In this document: positions 7,635 to 17,225 of the stretch, in pieces
Layout of the letters: each line of letters begins with the position of its first letter
How positions within the stretch are numbered: position 1 is the stretch's first letter
Assembly: GCA_963716055.1 (NCBI GenBank)
Contig: CAVQSR010000001.1
Coordinates: 11,367 to 75,366 of the forward strand
Source of the DNA: an uncultured Gemmatimonadales bacterium
GTDB taxonomy: Bacteria > Gemmatimonadota > Gemmatimonadetes > Gemmatimonadales > GWC2-71-9
DNA length: 64,000 nt
Reading direction: 5' to 3'
Translations under genes and position numbers: made by a program
Notes under the pieces: model-generated
The model's database searches: none
Told to the model about the DNA's origin: nothing
The model's input: only the letters and a program-made list of their open reading frames with translations

Positions 7635-10600
7635 CTGACCGAGCTTCAAGACCGCCTCCAGGCCGCCCTCGGCGACGCCTATCGCCTCGAGAAGGAGTTG
7701 GGCGGCGGGGGGATGAGCCGCGTGTTCATGGCCGAAGAAGTGCGGCTCGGGCGCAAGGTGGTGATCAAGGTGCTGCCGCCCGAGATGGCCGCGGGCGTGA
7801 GCGTGGAGCGGTTCGAGCGCGAGATCCAGCTCGCCGCCAAGCTGCAACACCCGCACATCGTGCCCCTGCTGACCGCGGGCGCGTCGGGCGACCTCCTCTA
7901 CTATGTGATGCCGCTGATCGAGGGCGAGAGCCTGCGCGCCAAACTCGCCCGCGCCCACGAGCTGCCGATCGGCGAGGCGGTCCACATCCTGCGCGAGGTC
8001 ACGGATGCGCTGGCGTACGCCCACCGCCAGGGGATCGTGCACCGCGACATCAAGCCCGACAACGTGCTGCTCTCGGGCAAACACGCCCTGGTGACCGACT
8101 TCGGCGTCGCCAAGGCGGTCGCCGAGTCGGCCGGCGACAGCGCGCTCACGTCGATGGGCGTGGCGCTCGGCACGCCGGCCTACATGGCGCCCGAGCAGGC
8201 CGCCGCCGATCCCAACACCGACCATCGGGCGGACATCTACGCCGTGGGCGCGCTGGCCTACGAGATGCTGACCGGCCGGCAGCCGTTCGTCGGGTCGTCG
8301 CCGCAGGCGGTGCTGGCCGCGCACGTGACGCAGGCGCCCGAGCCGGTGTCGCGGCACCGGGCCACCGTGCCGCCCGGGCTCGCGGCGCTCGTGATGCGCT
8401 GCCTCGAGAAGAAGCCGGCCGACCGGCTCCAGTCGGCCGACGAGCTGCACGCCCAGCTCGATGTCATGGTGACGCCGTCGGGCGGCATGCCGCCCACCGG
8501 CGCGCACGTGGTGTCGTCGGGCACGGAGGCCGCGATCCAGCGCGGCCACCCGGCGCGCGTCGTGTCCTTGTATGCACTGGCCGCCGTCGGAGCGCTGGCG
8601 GTGGTGTACCTGCTGATGCAGCAGATCGGTCTTCCCACGTGGGTGTTCGCCGCGGCGATCGGTCTCCTCGCGGCGGGGCTCCCCATCATGCTGGTGACCG
8701 GCTGGATCGAGCGGCGCCGCGCGCTCGCGCGATCCACGGGACGGGTGATCCCGCCCGCCGCCGGCTGGCACGGCTGGATCACGTGGCGCCGCGCGGTGCT
8801 GGGGGGCGTCGCGGCGTTCGGCGCGCTGGGCGTGGGTACCACCGGCTACATGGCGATGCGGCTGCTCGGCATCGGTCCGGTGGGTACGCTGGTGGCATCC
8901 GGGGTGCTGTCGCGGCAGGACGTCCTGCTCGTGGCCGACTTCGAGAACCGCACCAGCGACTCGACGCTCGCGGCGTCGGTGACCGAGGCGTTCCGCATCG
9001 ACCTGGCGCAATCGCCGTTAGTGCGCCTCATGGAGGGATCCTCCGTCGCCCAGGCGCTCCGGCGCATGGAGCGCGATCCCGACGCGCGGCTCGACGCGGC
9101 CTTGGCGCGCGACATCGCCGAGCGCGAGGGTGCGAAGGCCGTGGTCACGGGCGAGATCGCGCCGCTGGGCCGCGGCTACGTGCTGTCGGCGCGGCTCGTG
9201 AGCACCGCCGACGGCGCCACGCTCGTGGCGCTGCGCGAGGCCGCGGACGACGACGGCGCACTGATCGCGGCGGTGGACCGGCTGTCGAAGCAGATGCGCG
9301 AGCGGATCGGCGAGTCGCTCAAGAGCCTGCGCGGCGCCGAGCCGCTGCAGCAGGTGACCACGGGCTCGCTCGAGGCGCTGCGCCTGTACTCCGAAGCGTT
9401 CCGCGTCGCCGATCGCGCCGAGTATGCCCGCGCGGCGGCACTGCTCGAGGACGCGATCGCGCTGGACTCGGGCTTCGCCATGGCGTACCGCAAGCTGGCC
9501 GCCGTGCTCTCGAACATCGGCGGTCAGTACTCCCGCGAGGTGGACGCGGCCACGCGGGCGTACCAGCTCCGCGACCGGTTACCGCCACGCGAGCGCGATC
9601 ACGCCGTCGCGTACTACTACTCGACGGTGGACTATCAGCCGGACAAGGTGATCGACGCCTACCGCACCGTGCTCGAGACCTACCCGAACGACGACGTGGC
9701 GCTCAACAACATCGCGATCCCGCTCAACGCGCTGGGCCGCTACGCCGAGGCGGAGCAGTACGCGCTGCGGGCGGTCGCGACGGGCGACGGAGCCCCGTTC
9801 TACTTCAACGCCGTCGCGGCGCAGGTCGCCCAGGGGAAGTTGGCCGCGGCTGACACCACGGCGGCGCGGTTTGTGCGCCGCGTGCCCGACACCCCCGCCC
9901 CCCTCGCCATCGCCGCGGCGCTCGCGTCCGCCCAGGGCGGTTACGGCCGGGCCGACTCGCTGCTGGACTCCGTCGCCCGCATGCGGGCGGGAGACCCGCA
10001 GTGGCAGGCCAACGTGAACTGGCAACGCAGTCACATCGCCCGCCTCCACGGCCGCATCGCGCAGGCCGACGCGTTCGTGCGGGCCAACATGGCCGCCAAC
10101 GAGCAGCGCGAGCTGTACGGGTTCTATATCGCCAGCGCCGCCACGCTCGCCTGGCAGGAGGGGACCTACCGCGGCCGGCCGGCCGAGGGGATGCGCATGC
10201 TCGAGGCCGCGTTGCGGCGCCATCCCCTGGCGGCGGTGCCCGCGGCCGACCGGCCGTACGGTGCGCTGACGCGGTTGTACGTGGACGCGGGCCGGCTCGA
10301 CCGCGCGCAGCAGACGCTCGCGGCGTATCGGGCCGAGGTTCCCGAAATGCTGCGGCGCGGCGATGCCGATGCGCACTTGATGCCGGGTCTCATCGCGCTC
10401 GCGGAAGGGCGCGGGCAGCACGCGGTGACGGAGCTGCGCGCTTACCGCGCGCTGGCCGGCTGCGAGCTGTGCGGGCTGTACGAGCTGGGGCGCGCGTACG
10501 AAGCCGCCGGCGAGCCCGACTCCGCGCTCGCGGCCTACGAGCGCGCCGCGAACGCGCCGGCGCTGTTCCGGGTGGGACAGACCAACTTCACCCTGCCCCA

Positions 10601-10766
10601 GACCTATCAGCGGCTGGGGGAGCTGTACGAAGCGCGCGGCGAGCGCGCCCAGGCGCTCGAGTACTACAACCGTTTCCTCGAGCTGTGGCAGCACGCCGAC
10701 GCCGAGCTGCAGCCGCTGGTGCGGGACGTGCGCGGCCGCGTGGCGCGGCTCGCGCAGGAGCGCTGA
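7635..10766 (+). CDS. Hanks-type Ser/Thr kinase with TM segments, TolB-like domain and TPR repeats
   Basis: GGGGMS, VVIK, HRDIKPDN, DFG, APE; TM helices; TPR C-terminus; CTG start inferred from the paralog (in-frame TGA at 7620). Confidence 0.9.
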   Translation: MTELQDRLQAALGDAYRLEKELGGGGMSRVFMAEEVRLGRKVVIKVLPPEMAAGVSVERFEREIQLAAKLQHPHIVPLLTAGASGDLLYYVMPLIEGESLRAKLARAHELPIGEAVHILREVTDALAYAHRQGIVHRDIKPDNVLLSGKHALVTDFGVAKAVAESAGDSALTSMGVALGTPAYMAPEQAAADPNTDHRADIYAVGALAYEMLTGRQPFVGSSPQAVLAAHVTQAPEPVSRHRATVPPGLAALVMRCLEKKPADRLQSADELHAQLDVMVTPSGGMPPTGAHVVSSGTEAAIQRGHPARVVSLYALAAVGALAVVYLLMQQIGLPTWVFAAAIGLLAAGLPIMLVTGWIERRRALARSTGRVIPPAAGWHGWITWRRAVLGGVAAFGALGVGTTGYMAMRLLGIGPVGTLVASGVLSRQDVLLVADFENRTSDSTLAASVTEAFRIDLAQSPLVRLMEGSSVAQALRRMERDPDARLDAALARDIAEREGAKAVVTGEIAPLGRGYVLSARLVSTADGATLVALREAADDDGALIAAVDRLSKQMRERIGESLKSLRGAEPLQQVTTGSLEALRLYSEAFRVADRAEYARAAALLEDAIALDSGFAMAYRKLAAVLSNIGGQYSREVDAATRAYQLRDRLPPRERDHAVAYYYSTVDYQPDKVIDAYRTVLETYPNDDVALNNIAIPLNALGRYAEAEQYALRAVATGDGAPFYFNAVAAQVAQGKLAAADTTAARFVRRVPDTPAPLAIAAALASAQGGYGRADSLLDSVARMRAGDPQWQANVNWQRSHIARLHGRIAQADAFVRANMAANEQRELYGFYIASAATLAWQEGTYRGRPAEGMRMLEAALRRHPLAAVPAADRPYGALTRLYVDAGRLDRAQQTLAAYRAEVPEMLRRGDADAHLMPGLIALAEGRGQHAVTELRAYRALAGCELCGLYELGRAYEAAGEPDSALAAYERAANAPALFRVGQTNFTLPQTYQRLGELYEARGERAQALEYYNRFLELWQHADAELQPLVRDVRGRVARLAQER

Positions 10767-13450
10767 TGGCCGGTCTGCAAGACCGCCTCCAGGCCGCCCT
10801 CGGCGACGCCTATCGCCTCGAACGCGAGCTGGGCGGCGGCGGGATGAGCCACGTGTTCGTCGCCACCGAGACCGAGCTGGGCCGCAAGGTGGTGGTCAAG
10901 GTGCTGCCGCCCGAGATGGCGGCCGGTGTGAACGCCGACCGCTTCCGCCGCGAGATCCAGCTCGCCGCCTCATTGCAGCATCCCCACATCGTGCCGCTGC
11001 TCCGCGCCGGCCGCGCGGACGACCTGGTGTGGTACACGATGCCGCTCGTCGAGGGCGAGTCGCTGCGGGCGCGCCTGTCGCGCGAGGGCGAGCTCCAGAT
11101 CTCCGAGGCGGTGCGCATCCTGCGGGACGTGGCGGCGGCGCTATCCTACGCGCACTCGCACGGCGTGGTGCACCGCGACATCAAGCCCGACAACGTGCTG
11201 CTCACGCACGCGTTCGCCGTGGTCACGGATTTCGGCGTCGCCAAGGCGGTGAGCGAGGCGACGGGCGAGACGTCGCTCACCTCCCTGGGCGTGGCGCTCG
11301 GCACGCCGGCCTACATGGCGCCCGAGCAGGCGGCGGCCGACCCCAACGTGGACCATCGCGCCGACATCTACGCGCTGGGCGCGATCGCCTACGAGATGCT
11401 CACGGGGCGCACGCCGTTCGCGGCCACGTCGCCGCAGGCGATGCTGGCGGCGCACGTGACCCAGGCGCCCGACCCGGTGACGCAGCACCGCCAGACCGTC
11501 CCACCCGGGCTCGCGGCGCTCGTGATGCGCTGCCTCGCCAAGAAGCCGGCCGACCGCTGGCGCACCGTCGCCGAGCTGCATCAGCAGCTGGACACGATGG
11601 CGACGCCGAGCGGCGGGATGGCGCCCACCGGGGCAGTGGCGGCCGACACGAGCGCCGCGCGCCCGCTGGCCAGCGCGGCGCTGGGCCTGTTGCGGCGCGT
11701 GCCGGCGCGGCTGGGCCTCGCCGTCCTCGGGCTCGTGCTCATCGCCGTGGCATTCGTCATCGGGCCGCGATTCAGAGACGGCGGCGGCGCCGCGGCCCCT
11801 GCGCGGCCCACGTTGATCGTGCTGCCGCTCCAGAATCTCGGCCCCCCGGCCGACGAGTACTTCGCCGACGGCATGACCGAGGAGATCACCTCGCGGCTGG
11901 CCGAGCTGTCGGGCCTGGGCGTGATCTCGCGCACCACGGCGGCGCGGTTTCGCCAGGGCGAGCAGACGCTGCGCGAGATCGGCGACGCCGTGGGCGCGCA
12001 GTACGTGCTCGAGGGGACGGTGCGCTGGCAGCGCGCGGGGCCGGGCGACCGGGTGCGCATCAGCGCGCAGTTGATCCGCGTCACGGACGACACGCACCTG
12101 TGGGCCGAGAGCTACGACGCGGACCTGACCGAGGTGTTCCAGGTGCAGTCCGACGTGGCGGGACGGGTGGCGCGGGCGCTCGACGTGGCGTTGCTGGCGC
12201 GGGAAGACACGGCGCTCGCGCGGCGGCCCACCGAGTCGGTCGAGGCGTACGACGCCTATCTGAAGGCCAAGGCCCACCTGCGCAGCGACCTCGGCGAGCC
12301 CTCCACCCGCCGGGCGCTCGCGCTGTTCGAGCGCGCGGTGGAGCTCGATTCCGGATTCGCGCTCGCCTGGGCGTGGCTGTCCCGCACCCACGCCCAGATG
12401 GCCTGGTTCGCCTACGATCTCGAACCGGCGCGCCTCGAACAGGCCCGGAGCACGGCGCGGCGAGCGCTCGACCTCGACCCCCAGCTGCCCGACGGCCACG
12501 TCGCGATGGGCTACTACCACTATTGGGGCAGCCGCGACTATACCAGCGCGCTCCGGGAGCTCGAGATCGCCCGGCGTCTCCGGCCGGGCGATCCCGAGGT
12601 CCATTTCGCGATGGCCAACGTCACGCGGCGGCAGGGTCGCTTCACCGAAAGCCTCCAGAACCGCGACCGCGGGCTCACGCTCGACCCGTCCAACGTGTCG
12701 GAGCTTGATGAGATCGCGGCCACCCTCGTGGCCGCCGGGCGCTACCAGGAGGCGGAGCGCTACGTCGACCGCGCCGAAGCGCTGGTGCCTGGCCGCGAGG
12801 TTTCGGGGCTGTTCAAGACCTGGTCGGCCGCCCTCCAGGGCGATACGGTCGCGGCTCGCCGCTACCTGCGGCGGCGCGCACCCGGCGCCCCGGTCGACAT
12901 GTCGAGCCTCTACACGGCGATTTACGCCCGGCACCTGGTCGGGTTCGATGCCCCGCTGGACAGCGCCGTCATCGCCGCCGCCCGACCGGCGGATCCCGTG
13001 TCCGCCGCCACCGCCGAGCTGACCCGCGGGCTCGCGCTGCGCTATCGTGGCGACAGCTCGCGCGCGCGCGTGGTCCTCGACCGAGCGCGGGTGGAGCTCG
13101 AACGGCTTGCCGGCGAGTACAACACGGGCCCGTCTTACGTGAACCTGTGGAGCGATCTCGGCATCGCCCGGGCGGCGCTGGGACACCGCGCGGAGGCGGT
13201 CGCGGCGTCCGAGCGCGCCGTCGCGCTGATGCCGGCCGAGCGCGACGCCTATCTGGGGCCCGCGCTCGTCGTGCGGCTCGCTATGGTGCTCGCCTGGACG
13301 GGTGACCCGGACGGCGCCGTGCGCGTGATCGAGTCGCAGATCGGCCTGCCGTCGGAAGAGCCCGTGACCCGCGCCTGGCTGCGTGTGGCGCCGGCGTGGC
13401 GACCACTCCACGGCCATCCGGCGTTCGAGCGGCTCGTGGCGGAGCGGTGA
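10766..13450 (+). CDS. Second Ser/Thr kinase with TM, TolB-like domain and TPR repeats
   Basis: ATG overlaps the previous TGA; HRDIKPDN, DFG, APE; VLPLQNLG...YFADGMTEEI TolB-like motif. Confidence 0.92.
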   Translation: MAGLQDRLQAALGDAYRLERELGGGGMSHVFVATETELGRKVVVKVLPPEMAAGVNADRFRREIQLAASLQHPHIVPLLRAGRADDLVWYTMPLVEGESLRARLSREGELQISEAVRILRDVAAALSYAHSHGVVHRDIKPDNVLLTHAFAVVTDFGVAKAVSEATGETSLTSLGVALGTPAYMAPEQAAADPNVDHRADIYALGAIAYEMLTGRTPFAATSPQAMLAAHVTQAPDPVTQHRQTVPPGLAALVMRCLAKKPADRWRTVAELHQQLDTMATPSGGMAPTGAVAADTSAARPLASAALGLLRRVPARLGLAVLGLVLIAVAFVIGPRFRDGGGAAAPARPTLIVLPLQNLGPPADEYFADGMTEEITSRLAELSGLGVISRTTAARFRQGEQTLREIGDAVGAQYVLEGTVRWQRAGPGDRVRISAQLIRVTDDTHLWAESYDADLTEVFQVQSDVAGRVARALDVALLAREDTALARRPTESVEAYDAYLKAKAHLRSDLGEPSTRRALALFERAVELDSGFALAWAWLSRTHAQMAWFAYDLEPARLEQARSTARRALDLDPQLPDGHVAMGYYHYWGSRDYTSALRELEIARRLRPGDPEVHFAMANVTRRQGRFTESLQNRDRGLTLDPSNVSELDEIAATLVAAGRYQEAERYVDRAEALVPGREVSGLFKTWSAALQGDTVAARRYLRRRAPGAPVDMSSLYTAIYARHLVGFDAPLDSAVIAAARPADPVSAATAELTRGLALRYRGDSSRARVVLDRARVELERLAGEYNTGPSYVNLWSDLGIARAALGHRAEAVAASERAVALMPAERDAYLGPALVVRLAMVLAWTGDPDGAVRVIESQIGLPSEEPVTRAWLRVAPAWRPLHGHPAFERLVAER

Positions 13451-13456
13451 GGGTAG

Positions 13457-13600
13457 ACCTCTCTTGCGGTCCCCCTCGCCGTCTCAGGACCTCTGCCCAG
13501 CCCCCCTCTCTGTCTCGGTAACTCACCCCGGTCCCCCTCGCCGCCCGTCGGGACCTCTCCCCCTGTCCCCCTCTCCGCTTCGCGGAGAGGGGGGACGAGC
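13457..13600. repeat. Left REP-like array: three degenerate ~32-bp copies plus a full hairpin copy
   Basis: ACCTCT...CCCCCTC units at 13457, 13489, 13520, 13553; the last ends in CCCCCTCTCC-GCTTCGC-GGAGAGGGGG. Confidence 0.8.
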
Positions 13601-13963
13601 AGCGAGCTTCTCTAACAGGGTCTCCAGGCCCTCGCGACTCACTTCCCGATTCCGCAGGCGCCGCACCCGATACCCGCGCTGCCTCAGCCAGCGGCTGCGC
13701 GCGCGGTCTTAACCCGCCTGGTCCGGATGGTCGTGCGGTGCGCCGTCGAGCTCGAGTACCAGGCGCAGGTCGGCGCAGTAGAAATCCACAATAAAGGCCC
13801 CAATCACGTGCTGCCGCCGAAATTTCAGGCCGCCGATACGGCGATTGCGGAGCAGCGACCACGCGTGCCGCTCCATCGGAGTCCCGGCGCGGCGCAGCTG
13901 GCGCGCGATCGCGAGCTTCGCAGCGTCCCGATAGGGACGGCGGTCGATCCGTTCACGACGCAC
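13523..13963 (-). pseudogene. DUF559 (Vsr-like) endonuclease with an in-frame TAA at 13709-13711
   Basis: ARQLRRAGTPMERHAWSLLR, KFRRQH, VDFYC, LELDGAPH; continues in frame past TAA as DRARSRWLRQRGYRVRRLRNREV to TGA 13523. Confidence 0.85.
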
Positions 13964-14043
13964 GCCCCAACATCGCGGGCGGCCCGCGGGGGCACGTCAT
14001 CGAAACCGGTGCTGAGATAGCAGAAAAAAAAGCGGCGCCGGCC

Positions 14044-14148
14044 GCTCGTCCCCCCTCTCCCGACAGGGAGAGGGGGACAGGGGGAGAGGTACGACCGGGG
14101 GGACAGGGGGAGAGGTACGACCGGGGGACAGGGAGAGAGGTACGACCG
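14044..14148. repeat. Right REP-like hairpin (inverted copy of 13553-13600) plus ~27-bp tandem repeats
   Basis: Reverse complement of 14044-14090 equals the left copy except for the loop; GGACAGGG(G/A)GAGAGGTACGACCG occurs three times. Confidence 0.85.
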
Positions 14149-14188
14149 CGATCGGGAGAGCGGACGGGTACGCCCGCGACCGGGAAGA

Positions 14189-15175
14189 CTACGGTCCCTG
14201 GGGGAGCGGCACCGCCCCCCCCATCGCCTCGATCCCGCCCATGTGGTGCGCCATCTCGGCCCACTCCTCGCGCGTCATCACGTTGCGCGTGGTGTCCTGG
14301 AACTCGGCCAACGCCTCGTAGATCACGGCGCGCTTGCGCGCGCGCGGCACGGTGTCGGCCGCCAGCACGTCCGAGATGATGTCGTGCAGCATGTGCAGAT
14401 TGTCGAAGATCGCGGCGGCGCGCGGGTGCCGCGCGGTGAACTGCGGCGCGATCGTCACGGTCATGGGCATGACCTGCGGCATCGAGCCCGGGGGGTCCGC
14501 GAGCATCTCGCGGAACCGCGCGACGGTGGCGGCGACGCCGGCGTGACGCGCCGCGGGCGTGGGTCCCGCGATCAGCGGCTCGTACAGCCCCACCTGGAGC
14601 CAGTGATACGCCCAGATCAGCCCGTTGAAGTCGACGTGCTGGCGCCGGAACACCTGGCTGTAATACTGCTCATCCATCAACGCCATGGACTTGGGCACGG
14701 GCGCCAGCGCCACGTCGCGCGCGGCGAGATAGCGATCGGTGAGCCGCTCGATCAGCGCGATCCGGGCGTCGTTGTCGAACGACTCGTCGGCGTAGACGTC
14801 GTAGATCTGGCGATGGAGGACGTGCGCCCAGTCGAACATCTGTTTCGCCCGCCACGCGAGCTTGGCGTAGCGGGGCGAGATCGCCTCCTCGGGAACGGCG
14901 AAGCGCGGCGGCCGCACGAGCAGGTCGGTCGTCAGAAAGCGATACTCGCGCGCGAGGACCCGGGCCGCGGCAAGCTGGTGGGACTCGGTGTACAGCGTCT
15001 CGTACAGGATGGCGTGCCCGTAATCGAACGCGTTGAACAGCCGCGCGGCCTCGGGGTAACGGCGCCAGAACTCCCAGTTGAATCCGCCGGGCGTGTAGAA
15101 CCGCTCGCCGCGCTGCTCGAGCGCCGGGGCGCAGGCGAGGGCCGCGAGGGCGAGCGCGCCGAGCATCCGCGTCAC
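14189..15175 (-). CDS. Hypothetical His-rich lipoprotein, probable metal-binding
   Basis: LALAALAC lipobox; duplicated helical motifs with FDWAHVLH and FDNLHMLH; GTG overlaps the upstream stop. Confidence 0.75.
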   Translation of the reverse strand: MTRMLGALALAALACAPALEQRGERFYTPGGFNWEFWRRYPEAARLFNAFDYGHAILYETLYTESHQLAAARVLAREYRFLTTDLLVRPPRFAVPEEAISPRYAKLAWRAKQMFDWAHVLHRQIYDVYADESFDNDARIALIERLTDRYLAARDVALAPVPKSMALMDEQYYSQVFRRQHVDFNGLIWAYHWLQVGLYEPLIAGPTPAARHAGVAATVARFREMLADPPGSMPQVMPMTVTIAPQFTARHPRAAAIFDNLHMLHDIISDVLAADTVPRARKRAVIYEALAEFQDTTRNVMTREEWAEMAHHMGGIEAMGGAVPLPQGP

Positions 15176-15960
15176 CACGGAGGCATTCCCCAGATCGTGG
15201 TCAGGCCAACCGCGAGCGCCAGGTCCGGCCCGGCGCGGGTGACGCGGCGCCGCGCGCCGAAATCGAGCACCCACGCGGGGCCGGCCTGCCACCGCAGGCC
15301 GAAACCCACCGCGACGGCCGTCGCGCCGTCCGTCGCACGCTCCTCCCACGCGACATCCGCCACAAGGAGCACGCTGGATCGGAACAGCGTGCGGTCCCAC
15401 GCGATGCCCCACGACCACCGCGCGATCTCCTCTTCCCCGCCGGCCTCGCGCGGCCCGAGCCCCGCGCCGGCGTTGGCGTGGAGCCGCGTCAGCCCGAACG
15501 AGCGCGTCGCGATCGCCGTGACCGCACCGCGCGCGGCCCGCGGCCCGAATCCGCCGGCCGGCACCAGCCAGTCGCCGCGCACCGACAACGCAGGAAGCGC
15601 GAGATTCTCGGTGTTGAAGTTGCGCAGCGCGAACAGACCGAGGCCGGCCAGCGCGGTGGTGTTCCCGATGTCGCGCGTCACCACGCTGCCCGCAACGCCG
15701 GCATGGACGTTGGGCAACAGGCCCCAAGTGATTTCGGGGGTCACGGCACGCCGCACGGCGCCGTCCTGGAAGGCCACCTCCTGTCCCAAGAGCAGCTCGA
15801 GCGCTCCCGACTCCACGGCGTACGCGTCCTCCACGCGCGACGGCCGCCCCGCGTCGAGATTGCGGTAATCGATCTGGGCGGAGAAGGTCCCGGGCGTCAT
15901 GGCGAGCGCGGTGGCGAGGCCCATGACCCACCGCGGCGCGACGCGGATCGGCCGCGTCAC
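15172..15960 (-). CDS. Putative outer-membrane beta-barrel ('transporter'/MetA-degradation-like)
   Basis: Signal peptide ending FSA-Q, alternating amphipathic strands, aromatic C-terminus. Confidence 0.6.
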   Translation of the reverse strand: MTRPIRVAPRWVMGLATALAMTPGTFSAQIDYRNLDAGRPSRVEDAYAVESGALELLLGQEVAFQDGAVRRAVTPEITWGLLPNVHAGVAGSVVTRDIGNTTALAGLGLFALRNFNTENLALPALSVRGDWLVPAGGFGPRAARGAVTAIATRSFGLTRLHANAGAGLGPREAGGEEEIARWSWGIAWDRTLFRSSVLLVADVAWEERATDGATAVAVGFGLRWQAGPAWVLDFGARRRVTRAGPDLALAVGLTTIWGMPPW

Positions 15961-16568
15961 GTGCCGTTGGTCGCTCGCATCCGCGCCACTGCCTTGAACG
16001 CCAGCCCCGTGGGGTTGTCGGGCAGCTCGCCGAGGGTCGCGGGGACGGGCATGTCGAGCTGCAGCGTCCCTTCCTCGTGGCGGGCGACGCGCGCGCCCAT
16101 GTCCCGGAAGATGCGGAGCATGGCGTCGTTGGTCTCGAGGGTGTACGCGCGGAACGTCGTCACCCCGTGCGCCCGTGCCCACTCGCTCAAGAGGCCCAGC
16201 AGCAGCGTGCCGAGCCCCCGGCCCTGCCACTCATCGGCCACCGTCACCGCGACCTCGGCCGTGTCGGGATGGTTAGCGACGCGGATGTAGCGCGCCACCC
16301 CGACCCCGGGCTGGCCGGGCTGCGCGGGATCGAGGGCCACCCACGCCATGTGGTCGTGGTAGTCGATCTCGGTGAGTTGGCGCAGCTGGGCGTCCGACAG
16401 GTCGCGCATCGCGGCGAGGAAGCGCTGGTAGCGCGAGGCGGGGGACAGGCGGTGGAACCCCGCGCGCAGACGGTCCTTGTCGTACGACGCGATCGGCCGG
16501 ACGAACACGGGGGTGCCGTCGCGGAGGTGGTACTCGCGGGGTGCGGGCAGCGCGACGGGCGGCGGCAC
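15957..16568 (-). CDS. GNAT N-acetyltransferase (Pat-like GNAT domain)
   Basis: LRDGTPVFVRPI, SRYQRF, AEVAVTVADEWQGRGLGT. Confidence 0.88.
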   Translation of the reverse strand: MPPPVALPAPREYHLRDGTPVFVRPIASYDKDRLRAGFHRLSPASRYQRFLAAMRDLSDAQLRQLTEIDYHDHMAWVALDPAQPGQPGVGVARYIRVANHPDTAEVAVTVADEWQGRGLGTLLLGLLSEWARAHGVTTFRAYTLETNDAMLRIFRDMGARVARHEEGTLQLDMPVPATLGELPDNPTGLAFKAVARMRATNGT

Positions 16569-16593
16569 GGGTCGCCCGCTCAGCCGTGATTCC

Positions 16594-17127
16594 TCACCGC
16601 CGCTCGTACACGCTCCAGCCGCCTTCGCGCAGGAACGCCGTCACGTCGTAGCGCTGCGGATTCGGCCCTTCCATCCCCGGCGATCCGATGGGCATCCCGG
16701 CGACCGCGATCCCGGCGATGGCCGGCCGCTCGCGCAGCATGCGATCGATCACGTCGGCCGGCACGTGACCTTCGACCACGTAGTCGCCGATGATCGCCGT
16801 GTGGCACGACTCGAGCGGCTGGGGCACGCCGTGCTGGCGCTTGATGGGCCCGACGTTGTCCACGTCGTGCGCGGTGACCTGGAACCCCGCCTGCTGCATG
16901 TGCTCGATCCATTTGGTGCAGCAGGTGCAGCTCGGGTTCTTGTACACCACGACGGCGGGTCGCTGCATGGCCACCGCGGTGGCCGGCGCGGCCACCGCCA
17001 CGGGGGCGCTGGCATCGTAGGCCGGCACGGCCGTCCCGGGTCCTGTTCTGGCGGCGTCGATCACGAGCACAGCCGCGAGCGCCAGCGCCGCGCCGATCGC
17101 CACCATCCAGATCGTCGTCGTCTTCAT
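16594..17127 (-). CDS. DUF411 (CopG-like) periplasmic metal-binding protein
   Basis: YKNPSCTCC, SCHTA, VEGHVPA, GMPIGSPGME. Confidence 0.92.
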   Translation of the reverse strand: MKTTTIWMVAIGAALALAAVLVIDAARTGPGTAVPAYDASAPVAVAAPATAVAMQRPAVVVYKNPSCTCCTKWIEHMQQAGFQVTAHDVDNVGPIKRQHGVPQPLESCHTAIIGDYVVEGHVPADVIDRMLRERPAIAGIAVAGMPIGSPGMEGPNPQRYDVTAFLREGGWSVYERR

Positions 17128-17225
17128 TGCCCAGATCTCCTTGCTTGCTCGTTACCAAGAAACGGGACACCGGAATGTAATGGTGTCCGGCGGTGGTGGT
17201 TCATCGGTGATGCCTCCTCGCCCGG

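Noticed and set aside
7466-13417. Long alternative-frame and antisense ORFs over the kinases (e.g. 7466-9853, 11141-13417)
   Set aside because: R/A/G/P-rich shadow ORFs expected in very high-GC DNA, with no motifs.
13709-13711. Recoded stop (Sec/Pyl) in DUF559
   Set aside because: The codon is TAA at a position where Tyr is expected; a point mutation or base error is simpler.
13457-14148. CRISPR array interpretation of the periodic repeats around DUF559
   Set aside because: Variable parts are under ~10 nt, repeats are degenerate or directly tandem, and there are no cas genes.
17165-17188. GGACACC/GGTGTCC inverted repeat upstream of DUF411 as a CueR/CsoR operator
   Set aside because: Only a 7-bp stem, no match to those consensus sites and no cognate regulator nearby.
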